A DNA stretch of 53,619 nucleotides, filler included, from Circinaria calcarea (Eukaryota), in the NCBI GenBank assembly GCA_051942165.1. It is 2 parts of 2 records of this genome, joined end to end, with 100 filler letters (N's around TTAATTAATTAA, not from the genome) between each part and the next. Parts side by side here need not be neighbours in the genome. Positions count along the whole stretch, not along the records: positions 1 to 26,867 come from JAVECS010000074.1; positions 26,968 to 53,619 come from JAVECS010000075.1. One strand, written 5' to 3'. The position numbers were made by a program, and so were the translations under genes. The notes under the pieces are model-generated. The model saw nothing but the letters and a program-made list of their open reading frames with translations, was not told the origin of the DNA and ran no database searches. Below are positions 25,865-37,732 of this stretch, piece by piece. Every line of letters begins with the position of its first letter. Within the stretch, counting starts at the first letter, position 1.

Positions 25865-26630
25865 ATGGTCCACTGGAACGATCAAGCCGACGCAAAGGTA
25901 TGTACCCTGTCTCATCTCGTTCAACCTCACTTACCTCCTTAACATCATCACACTCCCTTCCCCTCCCCTCCGCTGTACACATCCCGAAGACTGACCTCCC
26001 ACTTCCTCCCTCCTCCAGCTCTTCGCTTGCGTCCTGAAAACCCATGGCGTGAAACTCGATATGCCGCGCCTTGCCGCCGCAATGACCGAAGCCCTAGGTG
26101 AAGGTAAGTAGATCTCACCTTCCCTTCCCCTCTACCCACCATTCTCCAACCAAAAAAACTAACGCTCCAAACCAGAAGTCACCGCAAAAGCTCTCACCCA
26201 CCGTTTCGCCAAACTCCGTTCCGTCGCCTCCTCCGCCGACTCCAGCACCCCCAAATCCTCTCCCACCAAGCCTTCCACCACCGGCACCAACGGGTCCGCG
26301 AGTGCCAAATCCACGCCCCGCAAGCGTAAAGCGGCCGCGCCCAAGAATGCCTCCGCTTCTGTCGGCGCGCAGTACGACGCAGATGGCGATGAGGATGATG
26401 ACGATGAAGAATATGGGCCGGTGAAGGTGGAGAAGGGGACGGGAAGGAAGCGGGGGACGAGAGGTGGTGCTGCGGCGGCGAAGAAGGTCAAGAGTCAGAG
26501 TCAGGGGTTTGAGCAAGGGTACGGGGAAACGGACGAGGGAGGGGAGGACAAGAAGATGGGGATTAAGGTTGAGGTTGAGGGGGACGGATATGAAGAGGGG
26601 GAAGGGGAGGAGTTTGATGAGGAAGGGTGA
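25865..26630 (+). CDS. Myb/SANT-like domain protein F, 190 aa; exons 25865-25897, 26019-26103, 26176-26630
   Basis: 'MVHWNDQADAK|LFACVLKTHGVKLDMPRLAAAMTEALGE|EVTAKALTHRFAKLRS'. Introns GTATGT..CTGAC..CAG and GTAAGT..CTAAC..CAG; total 573 nt; TPRKRK and DEDDDDEE tail. Confidence 0.83.
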
Positions 26631-26867
26631 ATGGTCGGAGTGGACGAGGGAGCGGGGTATGGGAACTTATCTAGCAGGCAAGGTGGAATCAGGGCCGTTC
26701 GGAAAAGGAAAGGGAAGTACGTAGGGCAGGTGGTGCAAAGAGGGCAAAATCCAAAGCCAAAATTCAAGCGAAGCAAAATGATCCGTCCCTGCTCATTAAC
26801 CCTCTCATCCAATACAATCCATTTTCCCTCTTGACTCTGTTTGTTCATCAAACGAAGCCTCCCCCCC

Positions 26868-26967
26868 NNNNNNNNNNNNNNNNNNNNNNNNNNNNNNNNN
26901 NNNNNNNNNNNTTAATTAATTAANNNNNNNNNNNNNNNNNNNNNNNNNNNNNNNNNNNNNNNNNNNN
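26868..26967. other. Assembly gap / artificial contig spacer (N44 + TTAATTAATTAA + N44)
   Basis: Exactly 100 nt with a central 12-mer that gives stop codons in all six frames. Confidence 0.97.
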
Positions 26968-27308
26968 GGGGATACAAAGTGCCAAGTGAAGGTACGAGGA
27001 TTTAAACCGGTCTTTGCAATGGGCTGCTGCCTCAGCAACAGTTGTCTCATCTGGAAATGCGACAGCTGTTAGCAGGATGCCATTCTGTTATCCCCAGCAT
27101 GTCTGGTGGTACCTGTAACATCGACCTTCAGGACTTGAAGTCTTTGTTTGTCTACGTCTAATCCGTCGAGGATACGGGCCTTCGTTCCTTCGACGTCTGA
27201 TCGCGCAGTGGCCACAACAGGGAGTTTTGTAGAAGCAAGGAGGCGGCGGGTTAATTGAAGACCCACCCCTTTAGATGCTGGAGAGGTGAAGATCCAAGAT
27301 TGAACCAT
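26968..27308 (-). CDS. Short-chain dehydrogenase/reductase (Rossmann fold), 5' part only, truncated by the gap; exons 27308-27113, 27050-(26968)
   Basis: 'MVQSWIFTSPASKGVGLQLTRRLL...VVATAR...LQVLKVDVT|DETTVAEAAAHC' matches an SDR glycine-rich loop variant and the 'DVTD' motif. Intron GTACCA..CTAAC..CAG. Confidence 0.8.
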
Positions 27309-27957
27309 GATGAGCAGAGCTCGAAGAAGCAGAAAGCCTGCGGCGACGAGATGTAAAGAGACGGCATTGTTATTTTGAGAAATTTCCATCTCCTCCCTGA
27401 GGTAATCTTACCCGCATGTTTACTGCCCTGGCGGAATCGATGACACTTACCGCATCTGGATCCACTTAAACAACCTTAAATCTCGGCAATCTCTTGGCTG
27501 AGCTGAGCCTCAGGAGGGAAGTGATCAAGTGTAATATTGACAGTAGTTATACGTTGCTATGGACATGGAACACTATGGGTAAGCTACCTTCTTGATTGTC
27601 GATACGATGCTCTAAAGTAGCCAATGATACTAGTCCCACCACCCATTCACTCACTCATTGTTCCCAACCACTTTGAGGAGCTCTCGATTGAATCCATGGT
27701 GGTGGATGGGGTAACGACAATGTTACCTTTTCGTTGCCACATTCAGAAATCACCATAAAGTATTTCTAAATGACCTCTATCTTATGACAGAGCGTACGTT
27801 TTCTTGGCCAACACAGATCAAGGCTAGAGGGGACCATCAAAGGGTCTTCCATTAAGTGACGAGCATTCTGCATTTAGCTGAGAATTAGTTCTCCTAACTC
27901 ATACTCACTAAACAGACCAGTCTGGTGTCATTCACTAACAAAGCCTGCCGGTTCGAA

Positions 27958-30368
27958 TTATTGGTTGGAGCAATCTAAACAGTGTAGCTTCAAGCCAAAC
28001 GGTCTTTCTCTCGAAAAAGACAATCGTTCCTCAAATCGCGCCTCTAGAGCTGCAAATATCCGATGTGTCCTGCTTATTTCCTCTTCACCGGGAGGATCCG
28101 TCGATCGAGAACCACGCATGCTCGAGTTGCGGACTATACTCGTGGGGCGTCGTAACCCTTGTTGAGCCATTACATCGTCGGTCTCGCAAGGTAAAGTGGG
28201 GGAACTGGATAGCTGCGGGTGCTCCTGTCTTCAGTAGATTCCACCGGATGCCACAAGCTCTGATTTTTCCGGAGTTGCTCAAGGTTGCTGGAACTCGAGT
28301 AGCCTACCTAGCCTGTATCTTAAGCCCCGGGGCTAGCTCAGCCAACACGATGATCGGGCATAACCGATTGTGATGCGTTAAACACTTTTTTGTCGTTACA
28401 ACCCCGCTTGGTTCATGGAACCTACGGTCAGCCAAGGTGGATGGTGGAGTGTAAGAATTCTCCCCGTCAGAAGGCAGTACTGCCTCTCCGTCATCACTGC
28501 CGCCAATAGCATCGTGACTAGTCCGATTAAAATCCCACGCTTTTTATTGGGATCGAGCGTGCTCGATGTCGTACTTTTTCCTTTCCTTGTTGATTTAATT
28601 CGTTGCCTTGACCATTGCGATACATTCTCAGTTTCCACAGCAGCCAATGACACTAGGTCGTGTGATTTGCTTAATCCTGATGTTGCAATTGTGGTGGTCT
28701 CTAGCCGAGCTGACTGCTCAATAGGGGCGGTCCTGCTTCGTTGAGGCGATTCAGCACGTGTCAAATTGATATCCAGCTTCATTGAAAGATTTTACCTTCG
28801 TGCCGGAGACTTAGCTGGTGCTTTAACTGACGTGGCGTCAAAGGTTTCCCGCTCATCAATTGATATGGATGGATTGTGTTGTGCTCCACCTAAGCCGTCA
28901 TTACGGCTTCCTGGTCGTGGAGGAAGTGCCGTTGTAGGGGCATGACCAGAGTTTGCTGACCTTTCGAAACAGTAATTTGCGCACCTTGTACTCTCACTAT
29001 AGAAGTCGGATACGTATCCGGATGTATGTCCTCGGTGGTAGATGTAACGGGTAAACTTAAAGATGATAAAGATTCTGATAAGTTACCTCGTAGCACAAGA
29101 GAACGTATTCCATGTGAATCTGATTTCGGCATTGATAAATTCGAAGGAATCCTAGAGGCCCTCTCAAGCTAAATCTTCGTACGCATGGGCCCTTCGGGTA
29201 CTGGGTTATTCAGTTCCCATTTACTCCAAGGCTTGGTAGTTCTCTTAAGGCGGACGGCACCAGGGCAGCGTCAGAGCCCCGCCATCACTGTTTTGAGAGG
29301 TGTTAGGACACCGCCAACATGTCCTGCTGCTCTGGGATAGTGTAGGATCGTCGAGGCCCAGAACGGTTGGGTCGCAAAGTCGTTAATACTAGGTTCGACA
29401 ACTTGTCTCAGGATCGAAGCTGGGGGTCCGTTATTGAGTTGATTTTCGTCCACTTTAGCCTGCTGCGGTAAAGAGAGACCGGTGCTACTCTCTAAGTAAC
29501 ATTGAAACTGTTTGGAGAATTCAACGGTATCAGGAGTGAGTTTAAGCAGCGGAGATCTTATGTTTGGTGACATGGGGCGTTCGGTGGTAGCCTTATTAGA
29601 TTTACCGCTTCGACTTTGCCTTCGTGCCTTACGCTTGGCCTACCCGTCGACGAATTTGCTGGGAGCTCTGTCTGGCAGTTGACTTGGGTTGAAGATAAGT
29701 TGCCAGAGTTGACGACTTTGTTTGTGTCCAGAACGATATGGCGATAAGAGGTACCCGAGGATGTTCCTTGTTGCTTGACAGAGCACAATGGCTTGCGCTT
29801 GAGATATTTGTGACGGGATAGCGACCGATCTAGGAAATTCTTGGTAGGGAGATATCCACTTTTAAAGAAGCTCTGCAAAGGCAATCTCCTGTCTTTGAGA
29901 TGGTTGGGAACCTCAGTCTCCGAGAGTTTGATAATCGTGCGACAATCCGATTGAATTGTTAATACCCCTAAACCTCCGTTCTGTCGGCACAGAAGCAGAT
30001 GGAAGCCTTTTTGATTCCTCCGATAGATCGATGTCGTACAAGCTATAGCCTATCTCTTCGATAGCATCGAAATGGACACCGCAAGAATATATGTCCTGTG
30101 AAATATGACTGTCTGTCAAACAAGCTACGAGAACGGTCGTGGTAAAACGTTCATCAATGCAGGCAGAATACACGTAAGAAAGTATAATAGGTGAAGGGTT
30201 GGAGCAAAGATTACATCTCCAAACCTTTTGTGCACACCATCTAGCAGAAACTGCGCATTGCATGGGAGAGGAACATTGAGGCAAGGGAGAATTCCCTTGC
30301 GTTTTCGCCCAGCAAGACGATTCGTCTGGAAACAACCATGGGACGTTACAATGCAATGCAGAATTCAT
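27958..30368 (-). pseudogene. Possible decayed gene: chain of abutting minus-strand ORF fragments broken by stops and frameshifts
   Basis: Seven same-strand 65-150 aa ORFs tile the interval, with S/T/P/K-rich composition and a Cys-rich first fragment. No family is recognised. Confidence 0.25.
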
Positions 30369-30832
30369 GAGGAGATCTCACAATCTCATTGCGCGAACCG
30401 CATCAACATCTCTTACTAATTCGACTCTTCCGTTCCATAAGACGGATAGACGATGAATAATATCTATTATTATTCTTGCTGTTGCGCAAGAGGCGTTGAA
30501 AATGCCGGGTTTTCTTGGGTATCACCGGGTGCTGCCAGGAGAGTAACTTGATACTTGATAATCCACTACACTGACTCCTCACCTGCCCTCCCAAAAGCCT
30601 CGGTATGGCAACCTGGCTTGCACCAACGTCGGCCTTTTCTAGACATGGTAGAAGATCTACCATGAACTCCTTGTAATGCATGGTTGAGATCCCTCTGGAC
30701 AAAACGCCACCGCTATGCTAATCATGGTCCTCTAGCTGAACACCAAAGCTCGTGCAACGATACAAAATCTATAAAATCCAACGGGAAAACGATTGCAGGA
30801 AATATAAAAATGGTAGCCCATGAGCACGGCTG

Positions 30833-33800
30833 TCAAGGTCTGGGCTTTCTGCTTTTTGGAATTATGAAAGGATTCACCTCCTTCTTCTTCCTTAACGGAG
30901 CAGGGTTCGTAACATTAGGAGATGCAAAATCTGGTTTGGTGGGAGGAGGCGCCTAAAATAGGTCAGTGTACACGAGACACGAGGGCTCTGAAAGACTGGC
31001 TAGTACTGAAAACTTACCTTGAGGCCTGACAAGTTATCTTTTGTACCGTCCTTGATGGATACCGCAAGTTGATTCATCTTATCGAACTGGGGATCCCTTC
31101 TTATGTCGAATCGGCTTTCATCCTGTTGAGGATTCTCCGCGCGAGAGGGACGGTATTGTGCGTGAGTTGTAAATGCCCCATTTGCTATGGTCGGTGCAAC
31201 ATCACGGAAGGAGGCATTACCAGAATAAGATGAATAGGGTTCAGGTCGTTTAGGGAGATTGTGACCAACATTAAGGTTTGGACCGACTGCTCCAGATCCG
31301 AGGATTGCTTTATATGCTATTCTAGGACCCTTGGGAACATTCAAAGGGGGTGAGGGCTCACGCTTCCTCTTCTGTACAGCCACTGTACTGTCTTTTGTAC
31401 CTGCCCTAGGAGGATCCGGAGGTGGCGGAGATTTACGTGTAACCTTGATCTTTGGCACAGCTCTATCATGATCCCCAATCTGTCTTTTCCGTTGGATTTC
31501 TGGCATTCTTTGCAGAGCAGCCTTATGCCTTGCTTCTTCACCACGGACCTTTTCTTTGTCTCGCTTCGTAAGGATATCAGTACTCGTGCAGACCTTTGCT
31601 AAGTGTCCAATTCTGCCGCATTCGAGGCAGCGCTCGGCGGTGCAACGATTTGCTGAATGATTGATGTCACCGCAACGTTTGCAGCTTCCATAACTGAGGG
31701 TCTTGGCTATGGTATTATCACAAAACGGTGTTGTATGTTGGAAGCTACCACAAACATCACAATATGCGTTGGTGTTCAATCCGTTGCCCCCAGAAGGGAA
31801 ATAGGCGTGGTCCTTGGAGTCAGCAAAGTGAGTATCGATGGAGGTTTGGTCTTTGGGGCTCGATGCATCTGGCATCTCTATATCTGGGCGTGGCACACTC
31901 ATCTTGCGAGTTCCAGCTACCGCCTTTTGTAAAGCAGATTCACTTATGAGTAAGGGCTTCCGTAGTAGTTCTAGAATGTTACCATCGGTGTATCGGTCTC
32001 GGCTTCTGGCATCCTTGATCAAATTACTCCAGAACTCTCCCTTCATCAGTGACTGCGAATTGCCCAAGACCCACAGGGAGGACTTTGCCCGCGTAATGCC
32101 AACATTCATCCTGCGAATATCCGACAAAAAGCCTATGCCACTGCCGACGGAGGCGCGAACACAAGAAAAAATAATGATCTCGCTTTCGCGCCCTTGGAAC
32201 GCGTCGGTGGTGTTGAATTCTATAGTATTAAATATAGCGTCGCCATACTTTTGCGCAAAGCGAGATCTTAGCTCCCTAAGCTGGCTCTTGTAAGGCGTGA
32301 TGATGCCAACCTTCCGTGCAAAGTCATAGCCCTTACAGTCAGTAATAAGGCGTTCGAAGAGTTGTAGCGCAACCTCGAGTTCCGTGACGTTAATAAGTGA
32401 ATGGCCTCTAGTAGAACTTTGATGAGTGCCTTCGACATTGAAGAATCGATACGGTCCAAGGATTTTACTCTCGTGCCACGGCTGTGCTCGCAAGCTCGCC
32501 ATATCGGGTCCGTCCAGCAGCCGACCATCGTAAAAGGCTTGACTAGGAAAGTAGCTGATCTCCGGGTGCATTCGATACTGGGTATCAAGCAGATGAACGT
32601 CATTAGGTTGGTTGATTTGCATGCGAACGAACAAGCTCTGTTCATATTGAAAACGAGCAGCTTCCCGAGAAAGCACAGTGGGTGGCAACTGTTTTGGATC
32701 ACCAACCATAATGCATTTAGCGCAACCGTATTTGAGAGGAATCAAAGCACTGAGCTCAATTGACTGCGCTGCTTCATCGATGATCACGGTCTCGAATTCG
32801 ATATTAAGATTCTGGAACATCTCGTGGCCGCTACCGCTTAGGGTCGCGCAGATGACATGTGAGCTATCGAGTATCTCCTGTTGAGTTTTGCGTCGACTTA
32901 TGTCTGCGTCTCTGGCGGCGGTGTGCCCACTATCACGAGCAAGATCGATTCTATTACTGAGTTCCTGCTTCTTTCTCTTGAGAATCTCGATGTCCCGATT
33001 CATGTCTGACGGGACAGAACCGCCTTTTGACTTAATCTCCTCCAATCTTGCGAAAATTGCATGAAGTTCATCCGAGGTTGCTTTATGGTCCGAAAAGACT
33101 TTTGATGTATCATCGCCTACACTTGTTTTCTTCTCGCCAGCCATGTTCAGCCTCGCGTTTACCAATTCTTCAAGTGTCACATCCAAGACGTTGGCATTGA
33201 TTGCGTCGCTTCGCCCTAGCCTGACTACCATCAATTTATGGAACACCCCATCAGTTGTCTTGACGCCCTGCTTGAGCCTCATTACTAACTCATCCACGGC
33301 CGCGTTACTCGGCGCGCAGACTAGCAGCTTCTTGGAGATCGAAGTTGGCGGTTTAGGAAGGCCAGTGCCATTCGCCGGCTGCGGACGGGAGACGGTCACG
33401 CCTTTATCACGCAGAGTACTGGTCAGAAGCGCCCCAATGATAGCAATTATAGTCTTCGTCTTCCCTGAGCCTGGAGGACTGTCTCTCTATTAGTAGTCGG
33501 ACACCCCGCCATTGCTGTGAAAAGCTACATACCCTTGAATCAATGTAAATGCGTCATTGTCGATTGCAGATCGTACAGCCTTTGCCTGAGCAGCGTTGAC
33601 CTTGTAATTGCTAACAATTGGCTCTATTTGCTTCTCTGTGTAATCCAATAACGGGGAGGCTTTGGCTCTCACGATCTCATCACAAAGGTCGTAGTACTTG
33701 AGGCCCAGCAAGGCACCGCATTCTCGCTCCAGTGGAGTGATTGACGAGACTTTCACGCCATGAAGCGTCACATTCGGTACCATGGCACTAACCAAGCCGT

Positions 33801-36800
33801 TGCCTAGATTGACCCGATAAGTTATCTCCATAACAGCTTTCTTTCGTGTGATCTTGCAGACTCGAGCCAAACAATGAGGTTGTCTCGCATCTGTAACCGG
33901 AGACTCGGCTTTAGACATCAGGATGATGTCTGCTTCGCTGATACCTGTCTCCTTACCATCCGCCATCGTCATCGTGGTACCCACCTCAATAAAAGAATCT
34001 ACTGTCAAACGATTCACAACTTTGATCTCAAAAGCTTTGTAGTTGCTGTCCTCCTTCGATTTGAGAAAACCCTGCCAGGCTTCCAAGATGAGAAGGGGCT
34101 CGAAGGTGTTTTGATACTCTACAGGAGTCCGAAAGGTACTCGTCACCAGGCTGTAGTTGTCCCTATCCGAGTTGGGAGGGAAGTCGCCATTGTGGAAAAA
34201 GTCCCACCCGAGAATGATTCTATGCAGAGTAGAAAGATCCGGAGCTAGACGAGCGCGCATGTCTTTTGCCGAGCGAACTTGCCTCGTCTTCTTGATCGGT
34301 CCTTGTGTCTTCATTTGTTTGAGCTTGCTGGCATTATATTCTTTCACGGCCGCGGATACCTTGACGTCTTTACTAGCCCCGCCAAAGAGCTCCTGATCAA
34401 GCTCGTTATCCGAGTCGGTATCTGATCCGGAGGAAACCATCATCCCTGAACCTTTCGGCGCATGATCTTTACCTTTGATACCAAGCTCACCCAGTACAGA
34501 ACCCTCTCCGGATGTTTGTTCCGCCACGCCTCGAGCGGGGAGATTACCCTTGACTCTTGCTAAGGCCTCTGCATCCCGCTTTATCTTGGCTTGCTTTTCT
34601 TTATCACGCTTCGCCTTGAATAATGATTGAGCGGCATGCTTCTGGATTTGGCTCTGAGACTCTTTGGCTGTCTTGCGGAGTGGATTTCGATTTGCCAGCG
34701 TGGATTGCGAAGCCTTGGAGCCTATCGCTGTGGTCCTAGAGGACTGTCCAAGTTGGTGTTGCTTCAGTAGCTCGACGGAGCGGCTGACAGATAATATATC
34801 CTCATCTAGTAAATCACTATCACCAAACTCATCGTCGTCAGGAACGTTAATAACATCACTTGGCTTTCTCGCCTTCGAACTCCAAGCTTCCAGATCGATA
34901 ATACCAGGTCTGAATTTCTTTCCAGTATCCTTCTGACCGTGACCGGTACGCGCGCGAGGAGTTGCGTGAACGGATGACTGAGACCGGGAAGTATCTGAAT
35001 GATCTGGGTCAGTATCGGTAGTTATGATAGGTCGGCCTAGATTAGCCTCGAGTGCCCTTGCCAGCTCGGCTTTCTCCTGCAAAGTCAAGATCGTCCTTGT
35101 TTTAGTGGAAGCAACCTGTTCGAGGTAATCGCTCGAGACCTTTGAGGGGCCCAATTTCCATTCGCTCAGTCGATTCAGCACCTTCGTGATAAGCTTCACT
35201 GAAGTTGATGCTAGATACTCGTCTCGAAGTCTCAGCCATTTGACCATCGATTCCATGGTTTGAGCAGGATGAGTAAGTAGAGCTTTTCCAGCCTCATCAT
35301 CTTGGACATACGGTAGGCCATCTTTATCCTTGACAAGGACTGCTGAGTTGATGGCACTGGCGAGTATGCTATACTGGTCGAAGAAGTGCTCGGAGAACTG
35401 CATAGTATCTCTGCAAAAGTCCTTCATGCCAGCAGAATCTCCTACGCGACGATGCCATTCTTCGGTCATCTCATAGATAACCCGGAGCGCCTCCCATTGG
35501 TGCTCCCAGAAGTTTTCAATGGCCTTAACTTCCGAGAGGCCCGAAAGCTGACGGATTCTGAGCAGGCCCTCTTGTGAATCGCAAAGTATGTCCAGTACAT
35601 CGGTACACGTTTTGAGCATCCGAGGGCAAGAGGCGAAGGTCCTTTTCCGAGCAATTCGGCGGACGGACCACGAAAAGCTATTGAGTGTATTCTCAAAGAA
35701 CGGCAACAATAGATGCCTAATAGCTTCTTTCCGGGCGAACTGCCCGCTAATACTCTTGGTGAGGTTTACCCCAGCCTCGTAGGTGCTAGGATCTGCTGCA
35801 AACAAGGACGCGACGAGCGCAATTGCTGTTTCCGGTGAATTGAAGAGCTTATCGAGGTCCTCAGGCCTAAAGTCGTTGATCCGCTCAAGCATCTGGCACA
35901 CCAAGTGCGTAAGGTGTCCATAGATGACGTTGAATTCGCTCTTCTCTTTCAAATGATCGATGTTGCCCTTGGTCACGAACTTCTCGAGCCCTGCTAATTC
36001 AACAATGCCAGCTAGCGCCGCTTTAGCCAGCATGACATTCCCGCGATCCAGATGACGAACAACGGCATCCCACATTGCTGGGGTGTAAGAGCTGAACCCA
36101 TGGGGTAAAGTCTTGTGACGCTGGAGAGCTTCCTGGTCGGTTCTCAAGGACTTGCATTCCAAGGCCAGTGCGGATTTAATCACCCTAAGTCCAGGTTCTG
36201 TGAGTGCTATGTATTTTTCGCTTTGGGGCGAAAGAGAAGAGATGGATAATATCTCTTTGATGTAACTGCTCGTTATCTCTAACGTATCCGCAGCAACGAC
36301 TCGTCCCACAGCGTCAAAGACCTTGTCTTCTCGGTTGCAGTTTGTCAGGGTCCATGTTAGTACAGCAAGACCAACGTGGTAGCATTCGATCTGTGCATTG
36401 ATTGGAAATCTTTCCGCTTGCAATCTCTCCATCAGCTGAAAGGTGAGGGCTCGACATGCCGCTGGCTGGTGTGAAGTTTGCAGAGACGACATGAACGGTT
36501 GGATCCAAGAAAGCATGTCTTTCAAAGCCGAAAATTCGTAGTTGTCCCCTTTCTTGGCATCCATCATAAAGCGGTCATAGCGTGGGTTGTTGAAGACTTG
36601 CTCTATGAAAGTGGTAGGTGATATTGCACCCATAGCATCCCAAAAGTCTCTCGGGGCCTTACTTAGCAGCTTCTGGATTGTTTGCAGCAGAAATCGTAAT
36701 CCAGCAGTGTCGAACTGCAAATGCTCGAGGGCGAGCCTGAAGACGTCGAATTCCATTGCACGCAGCGAATGCGTGATAAGGTTACTGTCAAGCTTCTCCA

Positions 36801-37732
36801 CGATCAATCTTAAGCCACACCACAGCCGTTGCACGAAGTTCGCATCGGCATTAGGACCAGATGCAAGTGCAAGGTTTCGAGACAACGGGTCTCGAACAGC
36901 AAAGTCGAAATCTTCTTTCGACAGATGGATACGGTACCGCGACCATGTTTGCATGGCCCAAAGGCAACGAGATTGATCAGGATCGAAAAGGAAAACTGTG
37001 GCCGCTGGGATGTAATGTGCCACCTTGAGTCGTGTGTTGGTCTGGACTAAATTGAAGGGTTCTTCAAAGACCTCACGTACCAGTACATAATCAGTAAGGA
37101 AGGCTTCACAGCTCATTGCTTCAAAGATCGACATCAAAGCCGGGAGCTCCAGGACTTCTTGACCGCGGTCTTCGGGGGCGGTAGCTCTCAATGTAGAATT
37201 TGCTGCATGCAAGCCCCGTTTGATACGATCAAGGTCACGTTGATCAAAGGTTTTGGAGAAAAGCTCAACTTCCTGTTCCTCATGTTCACTATAGCCGTAA
37301 GCATCACGTTCAGTCTTCCCGAATGATCCGATCTCGGTTTGAGTACTCACTCCCTCAGTCTCACCAACATCTGCCGCTTGGCTTTGTAGTACTCCACAAT
37401 ACAAGTATGGCATCTTTCCAGTTGCTGATCCGTCTTCTGACCCAGCCACTTTGTTTGTTCAAGGTTCTCGTAGGCGAAGAGCATGAAACATTCGAGGACC
37501 AGCCCGCGGCGGGCTTCGGTTGATAAGTCATATTTGGTAGGTTTACTATCTTCCGTTGCCGAGCCCTCAAGGCCTCCTGCGTGAGCTGCATTATCGTTCC
37601 AATCGCAGAACCAGTGAAGTGACGGTCTTAAACGTTGAAGCTCTCTAGAGTGATAGAGACATCAGCGTCTATCTCTTTCGGCAGGTGATGGCAGGTGTGA
37701 TCTTACTCCAATTTACCCAGTATCTCAGCCAT
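30833..37732 (-). CDS. SEN1: Sen1/senataxin SF1 RNA/DNA helicase, ~2218 aa; exons 37732-37707, 37644-37351, 37288-33533, 33478-31018, 30952-30833
   Basis: N-terminal 'HWFC...CHTCIVEYY' Sen1_N region. Walker A 'LIQG|PPGSGKT' is split by intron 33479-33532. Also 'LVCAPSNAAVDE', 'IIDEAAQ', 'VGDPKQLPP', 'QYRMHP' and 'RRMNVGITRAK'. Total 6657 nt in frame. Confidence 0.95.

Noticed and set aside
26912..26923. TTAATTAATTAA palindrome
   Set aside because: Centred in a symmetric N-run; a synthetic six-frame-stop linker, not biological.
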